Assembly: GCA_950072105.1 (NCBI GenBank)
Contig: CATMOE010000073.1
Coordinates: 1 to 14,764 of the forward strand
Source: an uncultured Dehalococcoidia bacterium
GTDB taxonomy: Bacteria > Chloroflexota > Dehalococcoidia > Lucifugimonadales > UBA3495
DNA: 14,764 bases
Direction: 5' to 3'
The notes under the pieces were generated by a model. That model was given only the letters and a program-made list of their open reading frames with translations. It was not told where the DNA came from and did not search any database. Positions 9,447-14,764 of the stretch are shown here, in pieces. A program made the translations under genes and the position numbers. Numbering within the stretch: position 1 is the stretch's first letter; the number at the start of each line of letters is the position of its first letter.

Positions 9447-10394
9447 ATGGCCGACGTTTTTGGCACCGGTGAATTTCTTTACACCCACGTACCCGATTGG
9501 GAGAAGCTGCCCGATGGTATGACCTTCAAGGAGTGTCCCGGAGTCGCGGTGGACTCCCGGGACAACGTTTATGTCCTCACCCGTGGCGAACACCCCATCA
9601 TCGTGTTCGACCAGGAAGGTAATTTTATCCGCACCTTCGGTGAGGGTCACTTTAGCGCGAACCGCACTCACGGGCTGTATATCGCTCATGACGACTCCTT
9701 GCTAGTTGCCGACGACGGTCTCCACACCATCCAAAAGTTCGGTCCCGAGGGCGATAAGCTGATGGAGATCGGCGAGAGGAACCATCCCGCCCCGGCATGG
9801 AGCGGCCAGGCCTTCAACCGCCCTACTTCGGCCGCCATCATGCCCAGCAACGGGGATGTGTACATCTCAGATGGGTACGGCAACTCCCGCATCCACGTCT
9901 ACTCCGGGTCCGGCGACTACAAATTCTCTTGGGGCAGTCCCGGCATCGACGCCGGTCAGTTCATCCGCCCGCATAACATCGCCGTGGACAGCGACGATAA
10001 GGTCTACGTAGTGGACCGGGAAGCCCACCGCATACAGATATTCGACTCCCGGGGCAACTTCCTAACCATGTGGAATAATATCCACCGCCCCGACTCGATG
10101 GTGCTGTGGCAGGACCATATCTACGTCGGTGAATTGAACGGCATGGGCGGAGTTGACGAAGCGCCCGGCCTGGGCCACCGTGTCACCGTTTACGACTTGG
10201 ACGGCAACCGGGTTTGTATGTTCGGCAGCCCCGAAGAGGGCGAGGGCCCCGGCCAGTTCATCGCTCCCCATGGCATCGCGGTCGATTCCAAGGGTGACGT
10301 GTACGTATCCGAAGTGTCCTTCACCATCCGCGGCTCCAAGATGGACCCGCCCAAGGTGTTGCGCAGCTTCTCGAAATACGCTAGGCAGTGGTAG
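9447..10394 (+). CDS. NHL-repeat beta-propeller, peptidyl-alpha-hydroxyglycine alpha-amidating lyase (PAL)-like
   Basis: Repeated P.GVAVDS.D.VYV / GQF..PH.IAVDS units. PAL-like SDGYGNSRI and VDREAHRIQIF. GAGGTG RBS. Confidence 0.9.
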   Translation: MADVFGTGEFLYTHVPDWEKLPDGMTFKECPGVAVDSRDNVYVLTRGEHPIIVFDQEGNFIRTFGEGHFSANRTHGLYIAHDDSLLVADDGLHTIQKFGPEGDKLMEIGERNHPAPAWSGQAFNRPTSAAIMPSNGDVYISDGYGNSRIHVYSGSGDYKFSWGSPGIDAGQFIRPHNIAVDSDDKVYVVDREAHRIQIFDSRGNFLTMWNNIHRPDSMVLWQDHIYVGELNGMGGVDEAPGLGHRVTVYDLDGNRVCMFGSPEEGEGPGQFIAPHGIAVDSKGDVYVSEVSFTIRGSKMDPPKVLRSFSKYARQW

Positions 10395-10416
10395 GCGAAC
10401 GGTAAGCGGTTGGACG

Positions 10417-10499
10417 CACCCCCCACCTTAATCCTCCCCCGCAAGGGGGGAGGAGATTAGTCCCTTCCCCCTTTACGGGGGAAGGTTAGGATGGGGGTG
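10417..10499. repeat. REP/REPIN-like palindromic doublet (family A, no insert)
   Basis: caccccccaccttaatcctcccccgcaaggggggaggaga-ttag-tcccttccccctttacgggggaaggttaggatgggggtg, which matches 347-454. Confidence 0.85.
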
Positions 10500-10557
10500 A
10501 AAACGCTACGCTGGGCCCACGTAAAAATACCAACCCGCTCCCAAGACCGGCAGGTGA

Positions 10558-10582
10558 ACTGAACGCTGAAAGCTGACCGCTA
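10558..10582 (+). repeat. Heptamer tandem array (gctgaNN) before an RBS
   Basis: actgaac-gctgaaa-gctgacc-gcta, then GGAGGAG. Confidence 0.7.
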
Positions 10583-10602
10583 TTTCCCGGAGGAGATTTC
10601 TA

Positions 10603-11661
10603 TTGCAAGATGTTGGTGAAACTACCACCGTTGTTTGGAACGACGCTTTAGAAGCCATTGAGCGCTGCTATGAGTTGGGCTGGGGCGACGGGCTACCCTT
10701 GGTGCCGCCGACCCAGGGCCGGGTAGCCCAGTTCTTGGAGGCGGCGGGCAAGGCATCGGGCGAGGTAGTCGGAGAGATCCCCGAGCGGCGCCGGGAGATC
10801 ACGGCGGGAAAGGTGGCCGCCAACGCCGTGATGGCCGGGTGTTTGCCTGAGTACATGCCTGTGGTGCTGGCCGCTACCGAGGCGATGCTGGCCCCGCCTT
10901 TCAACCTGGTTGGTCCTTCTTCCAGCATGGGCGGATCCGCGGTGCTGGTAATAGTGAACGGACCGGTGGCGCAAAAGATCGGCGTCAACTCCCGCAACAA
11001 CCTTTTCGGGCCGGGAAACCGGGCCAACGCCACCATTGGCCGGGCCATACGGCTGATTCTAATGAATGCCTGCGCCGCCATCCCTGGACTGTTCGACCGG
11101 AGCGTTATCGGCCATCCCGGCAAGTACACCTACTGTATCGCCGAGGCTGAATCCGAAACCCACTGGAACCCACTGCACGTGGAACGGGGCTTCAAACCAG
11201 ACCAAAGTACGGTCACCGTATTCGCCTCGGAAAGCCCCCGCCAAGTCCGTTCGGTTGGGCATCCCGAGGCCATCTTGCACGCCCTCGCCGACACGGCCTC
11301 CTCTCTGGGAACCAACATGTCAACCTCGGGATCGGTGGGTAGCCGGGACGCCGGGGTTCGGCAAGGGGAGATCGTGGTCACCGTCGCCGGGAATTCTGCC
11401 CTCTGGCAGGACTGGACCAAGAAACGGGTCAGGGACCACTTATATGCCCGCATCCGCCGGTCGGTCGCCGATCTGAAAGCGGCCCAGGTATTCCCCGGCG
11501 AAGTCGAGCCGGGAGACGAAGAGCGTTATGTCTCCCTGATTCCGGAGCCGGAGGACATCCTCTTGATCTTTGCCGGTGGCGAGGAGTCCAACATGTCGTC
11601 GGTGATTCCCAGCTGGGGACCGAAGGTGGGGTCTACGGCCGTTACCAAGGAAGTGAAATAG
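10603..11661 (+). CDS. Conserved uncharacterised protein, putative partner subunit of the UGSC selenoprotein
   Basis: 352-aa ORF with a TTG start 7 nt after GGAGGAG. Motifs GWGDGLPLVPPT, KVAANAVMAGC.PEY.PVV, GNRANATIGRA, GHPGKYTYCIAE, LHVERGF. I recall this family adjacent to UGSC genes but cannot verify it here. Confidence 0.85.
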   Translation: MQDVGETTTVVWNDALEAIERCYELGWGDGLPLVPPTQGRVAQFLEAAGKASGEVVGEIPERRREITAGKVAANAVMAGCLPEYMPVVLAATEAMLAPPFNLVGPSSSMGGSAVLVIVNGPVAQKIGVNSRNNLFGPGNRANATIGRAIRLILMNACAAIPGLFDRSVIGHPGKYTYCIAEAESETHWNPLHVERGFKPDQSTVTVFASESPRQVRSVGHPEAILHALADTASSLGTNMSTSGSVGSRDAGVRQGEIVVTVAGNSALWQDWTKKRVRDHLYARIRRSVADLKAAQVFPGEVEPGDEERYVSLIPEPEDILLIFAGGEESNMSSVIPSWGPKVGSTAVTKEVK

Positions 11662-11667
11662 CTGGGG

Positions 11668-11733
11668 GAAATCCCCCCAACCCCCCTTTACGAAAGGGGG
11701 GCTTAGATTGCTTATAGCTGAATGCTGATAGCT
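11668..11733. repeat. Family A-related hairpin followed by a heptamer array
   Basis: aaatccccccaacccccctttacgaaaggggggc (about 11669-11702), then gcttata-gctgaat-gctgata-gct (11710-11733) before the GGAGG RBS. Confidence 0.7.
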
Positions 11734-11746
11734 CTTGGAGGTTTCT

Positions 11747-12289
11747 ATGACTCAGAAGAACGAGTATGTTTTAGTCGATCCGACTACCCAGGCCATCGTC
11801 GCGCCTTTTGATGGGGCTCCCCGATTACCTACCGTGGCCGGGATCAGGTTGGGAATCATTGATGACAGCAAGCGCAATGCCGACGTTTTGTTGGAGGAAT
11901 TGGCCGAGGTCTTGCGCACCCGCTATGAGATCGCGGACGTGCGCTGGCACCGTAAGCCCAGCGCTTCCAGGCCTGCCGACCCGGCGGCCATAAGGGAGTT
12001 GGCGGAAACTTGCGATGCGGTGGTGATCGCCATCGGGGATTGAGGGTCCTGCAGCGCGTGCAGTGTGCACGACGGGATCCACGTAGAGAACGCCGGCATA
12101 CCATCGGTTACCATTTGCACCGACCGTTTCATCCCTACGGCCAAGGGGATGGCCAAGATGTGGGGGTCTGAAGACTACCCCACAATATTCACCCAGCATC
12201 CCATTGAGAACATGAACAGAGAACAACTACGGCAGCGGGCCGAAGAACTGGCTCCTCAAGTGGTTGGAGTGCTGGTCGGCGGGCAATAG
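11747..12289 (+). CDS. UGSC-family selenoprotein (180 aa, Sec99 encoded by TGA 12041-12043), UxxCxxC motif
   Basis: ATG 11747 follows GGAGG. The two track ORFs share one frame separated only by TGA, and read-through gives DAVVIAIGD-U-GSCSACSVHDGIHVENAGIPSVTICTDRF...HPI. A SECIS-like hairpin follows. Confidence 0.92.
12044..12080 (+). promoter_or_regulatory. Candidate bacterial SECIS element
   Basis: Lower stem gggtcctg (12044-12051)/cgggatcc (12073-12080), 8 bp including 2 G-U. Internal loop, then perfect upper stem cgtgca (12057-12062)/tgcacg (12066-12071). Apical loop GUG starts 19 nt after the UGA. Confidence 0.7.
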
Positions 12290-12309
12290 TCCCACCGGTG
12301 ACCAAATGC

Positions 12310-12378
12310 ACCGGAGAGACGTCGAGGACACAGAGCTTAAAAACTAAAAAATCTCTGCGCTCTCGGCGTCTCCGCGGT
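12310..12378. repeat. Imperfect inverted repeat (family C) between convergent genes, possible bidirectional terminator
   Basis: accggagagacgtcgaggacacagag (12310-12335) versus the reverse complement of 12353-12378 (accgcggagacgccgagagcgcagag), 20/26 identical, with an A-rich 17-nt loop. Confidence 0.7.
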
Positions 12379-12384
12379 TAATCA

Positions 12385-12567
12385 TTAACCCCGCATCTCC
12401 GGTGGTAACAGGTTGGGGATGGCGTCGTCGATGGGATAGATCTCGTCGCACTTGTGGCAGATTAGAGATCCCTGGATCACTTCGTCTCCTTCTTCGGTTT
12501 CCACCTTCAATTCCAGTTCGCTCTTGCAAACCGGACAGGCCAGAATGTCCATCAGGTCCTTCTTCAA
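12385..12567 (-). CDS. Trm112/YcaR family zinc-ribbon protein
   Basis: KKDLMDILACPVCK...GSLICHKCDEIYPIDDAIPNLL. Start placed at TTG 12567 just after GGAGGA (track start is 12600). Confidence 0.9.
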   Translation of the reverse strand: MKKDLMDILACPVCKSELELKVETEEGDEVIQGSLICHKCDEIYPIDDAIPNLLPPEMRG

Positions 12568-12617
12568 GTCTCCTCCAGCAAGTTTGCGGCGTTCAGCCAT
12601 TGGCTGTCGGCCATTTT

Positions 12618-13103
12618 TTAGCTACGTGCGGCTTTCTCGAACAGGGCGTTGAGAACGTCGGACAATCCCAAGATTATCACACCGTAAATCAATAGTGCCC
12701 CGGTGCTCGTCATCCGGTCCTTAGCCCTTCCGATGCGGCTACCGCCGGCGTTAGCGCTGTCGGGGTAAACCCGAGGCCGCAGGAAGCGCACCACGTAGAA
12801 CATGTACAGAGCCAGGACGATCTTAACCACCAGCACCGCTACGTAGGGAGTAGTCACGGCGTTGTCGGTAAGGCGAGTCGCCGAAAGCACTATGCCCGTT
12901 ACCAACAATACCCCGATGGCGGTGTTGACCAGGTCCCGAAATTCCTCCCCGATCGACCGGCGAGTTGCGCCGCCAGTCTCATCGGACCTCCCTAGGGCGG
13001 GCCGCAAAACTAATATCCAGAACATTCCCCCGCCAACCCAGGCGACGGCAGCCAGGAGGTGGAACCAGCGGATGGCTGTCAATATCCAATCTAGGACGTT
13101 CAT
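12618..13103 (-). CDS. Four-TM membrane protein, CopD/DUF4149-like
   Basis: RWFHLLAAVAWVGGGMF, LLVTGI, LVVKIVLAL, with four hydrophobic segments. Confidence 0.8.
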   Translation of the reverse strand: MNVLDWILTAIRWFHLLAAVAWVGGGMFWILVLRPALGRSDETGGATRRSIGEEFRDLVNTAIGVLLVTGIVLSATRLTDNAVTTPYVAVLVVKIVLALYMFYVVRFLRPRVYPDSANAGGSRIGRAKDRMTSTGALLIYGVIILGLSDVLNALFEKAARS

Positions 13104-13134
13104 GTTTCCACGTAATCAGGCTTTTGCAAGAGGT

Positions 13135-13200
13135 GGTTCGACATGCTCACCACGAACGGTGCGACCCACGATGTCCATTCGTCCTGAGCCTGTCAAAGGA
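13135..13200. repeat. Inverted doublet of REP-like family B
   Basis: ggttcgacatgctcaccacgaacgg (13135-13159, reverse complement ccgttcgtggtgagcatgtcgaacc) and ccattcgtcctgagcctgtcaaagga (13175-13200). Related to the inserts at 420-444 and 3413-3437. Confidence 0.75.
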
Positions 13201-13221
13201 CCGTTTCAACCGTTCCATAGC

Positions 13222-13776
13222 TTAAGACATGTCCCGGACGATTCGGGTGATTTTCTCCGCGTCTAGTACGCTGATCTCCGAACGGAATAACCTTCCTGCC
13301 TTGTCGATAAAAATCGTGGTAGGGAAATAAGCCAGCCGGTATTCTAGAGTGATCTGGGCCATATTGTCGGTGGCAAACTGGTACGTGAGACCCAACTCCT
13401 GTACGAAATCCCTGGCGTCCTGCTCGGAATCGAAGCCTTGAGGGACGAACAGCCCCAAGAATAGTACGTCCTCGCCCTTTAGCTGTTGCCAGGCATCTTC
13501 GAAGTCCGGCATCTCCGCGCGGCATGGCGGGCAAGAGGGGAACCAGAAGTTGAGCACCACCGATCTTTGGCCGATCTGGTCGGAAAGACGGAAACTGCTG
13601 CCGTCGAACAGCGTCACCTCAAAATCCGGCGCTTGCTCAAGTGCCTTCCCCAGGGTGATGCAGGACGCCAACGACAACACTAACAGCGGTAAAACCGTCA
13701 GAAAAATAAGTTGAATAGCCCGTCGAAGGCGCGGCGGGTGCTTCGTGGTTATTAGTGAGGAGATGAAAGCGGCCAT
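13222..13776 (-). CDS. TlpA/ResA family thiol-disulfide oxidoreductase, probably membrane-anchored or lipoprotein
   Basis: APDFEV, VVLNFWFPSCPPCRAEMP (CxxC), cis-Pro FPTTIFIDKAG. Hydrophobic N-terminus ending LASC. Start uncertain (ATG 13776 or 13815). Confidence 0.88.
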   Translation of the reverse strand: MAAFISSLITTKHPPRLRRAIQLIFLTVLPLLVLSLASCITLGKALEQAPDFEVTLFDGSSFRLSDQIGQRSVVLNFWFPSCPPCRAEMPDFEDAWQQLKGEDVLFLGLFVPQGFDSEQDARDFVQELGLTYQFATDNMAQITLEYRLAYFPTTIFIDKAGRLFRSEISVLDAEKITRIVRDMS

Positions 13777-13907
13777 GCTTCCAAATATTTTATAGGTGCG
13801 GCTGTGCAGGGTCAATCTGACGCATACCTAGGTATTGTTTGATTAACCGGCCAACCACGATTAAACTGACGACCTGAGTGGCGAGTCTGTTCCGAGGAGA
13901 AACACGA

Positions 13908-14657
13908 ATGCGGCTGGAAAATAAGGTTGCTTTAATCAGCGGAGGCGCGAGGGGAATGGGCGCTGTTGAGGCCAAACTCTTCTCTGTCGAAGGCGCGAAA
14001 GTCGTGATCGGCGACGTTTTGGAGGATGAAGGCCGCCGCACCGAGGCTGAGATAAACGAGGCCGGAGGCGAGTGCCTTTTCGTCCCATTGGACGTTACCA
14101 GCGAATCCCAATGGCAGGCTGCGGTCGAGGCTGCGGTCAGCCGATTCGGCAAGCTGGATATCCTGGTGAACAATGCCGGTATTTACCGGACCGAGCGGGT
14201 TGAGGAGATCAGCGGAGAGTTGTGGGACCAAGTGATGGGAATCAACGCCAAGGGAGTTTTCTTGGGGACCAAGCACGCCATCCCCGAGATGCGGAACGCC
14301 GGGGGCGGTTCCATCATCAACATCTCATCGGTGGCCGGGCTGGTTGGTAATCACATATCGGCCGCTTATTCCGCGTCCAAAGGCGCGGTGCGTCTGCTTA
14401 CCAAGTCCACGGCCATCCAGTACGCCAAGGAAGGGATACGGTGCAACTCCGTGCATCCCGGCACCATCGAAACGCCGATGACCGCCGACATGCTGGCCGA
14501 CCAGCAGTACCGGCAAGACCGAATGGAAAGAACGCCGTTGGGCCGCCTGGGCACCGCCCAAGACGTAGCTTACGGCGTTCTCTACCTAGCCTCGGACGAA
14601 TCTTCCTTCGTCACCGGCAGCGAGTTGGTGATAGATGGCGGGAGGACGGCGCAGTAG
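13908..14657 (+). CDS. Short-chain dehydrogenase/reductase (NAD-type, 3alpha/20beta-HSD or cyclopentanol dehydrogenase-like)
   Basis: SGGARGMG, IGD, LDV, NNAG, NISS, YSASK, VHPG, DGG. ATG 13908 follows GAGGAG. Confidence 0.95.
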   Translation: MRLENKVALISGGARGMGAVEAKLFSVEGAKVVIGDVLEDEGRRTEAEINEAGGECLFVPLDVTSESQWQAAVEAAVSRFGKLDILVNNAGIYRTERVEEISGELWDQVMGINAKGVFLGTKHAIPEMRNAGGGSIINISSVAGLVGNHISAAYSASKGAVRLLTKSTAIQYAKEGIRCNSVHPGTIETPMTADMLADQQYRQDRMERTPLGRLGTAQDVAYGVLYLASDESSFVTGSELVIDGGRTAQ

Positions 14658-14665
14658 CGGCGAGG

Positions 14666-14730
14666 TATCAGCAGTCAGCTTTCAGGGGATACCCCCCACC
14701 TCAATCCTCCCCCACAAGGGGGGGAGGAGG
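14666..14730. repeat. Heptamer array followed by a family A REP-like unit
   Basis: tatcagc-agtcagc-tttcagg (14666-14686), then accccccacctcaatcctcccccacaaggg...gaggag, matching the left unit of 10417 and 347. Confidence 0.8.
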
Positions 14731-14764
14731 CTATTTATCCAAACTGGTACTCGGTGGTGGCGCC

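Noticed and set aside
11735..12289. Two separate small genes or a nonsense pseudogene
   Set aside because: Same frame, TGA exactly at the UxxC position, downstream SECIS-like hairpin and no RBS for the second ORF all favour Sec read-through.
6020..14657. TAG stops as pyrrolysine or other recoding
   Set aside because: Every recognisable TAG-terminated protein ends at its expected family C-terminus and is followed by intergenic features, and no pyl genes are seen.

Overview
GC-rich bacterial chromosomal window with 16 supportable CDSs (one truncated at the left edge): typA/bipA plus a set of catabolic/redox enzymes (alpha/beta hydrolase, FAD_binding_2 flavoprotein, cupin, ABM, thiolase, GMC oxidoreductase, VOC, PAL-like NHL propeller, SDR) and a minus-strand TlpA-CopD-like-Trm112 cluster. 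The gene content is reminiscent of Chloroflexota/Dehalococcoidia (SAR202-like), which is an inference only. The main hidden feature is a selenoprotein. The two short ORFs at 11735-12043 and 12065-12289 are one reading frame (11747-12289) interrupted by an in-frame TGA (12041-12043). This gives a U-G-S-C-S-A-C (UxxCxxC) motif, with a SECIS-like hairpin starting immediately after the TGA. It is a UGSC-type protein that resembles the catalytic domain of glycine/D-proline reductase selenoprotein B, and it lies directly behind a 352-aa uncharacterised partner gene, making a candidate two-component selenium-dependent enzyme of unknown substrate. TGA is almost unused as a stop codon here (1 of 15). 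Intergenic DNA is packed with at least four families of REP/REPIN-like palindromes and heptamer arrays, including one family nested at a fixed site inside another. No rRNA, tRNA, CRISPR array or transposase was seen.
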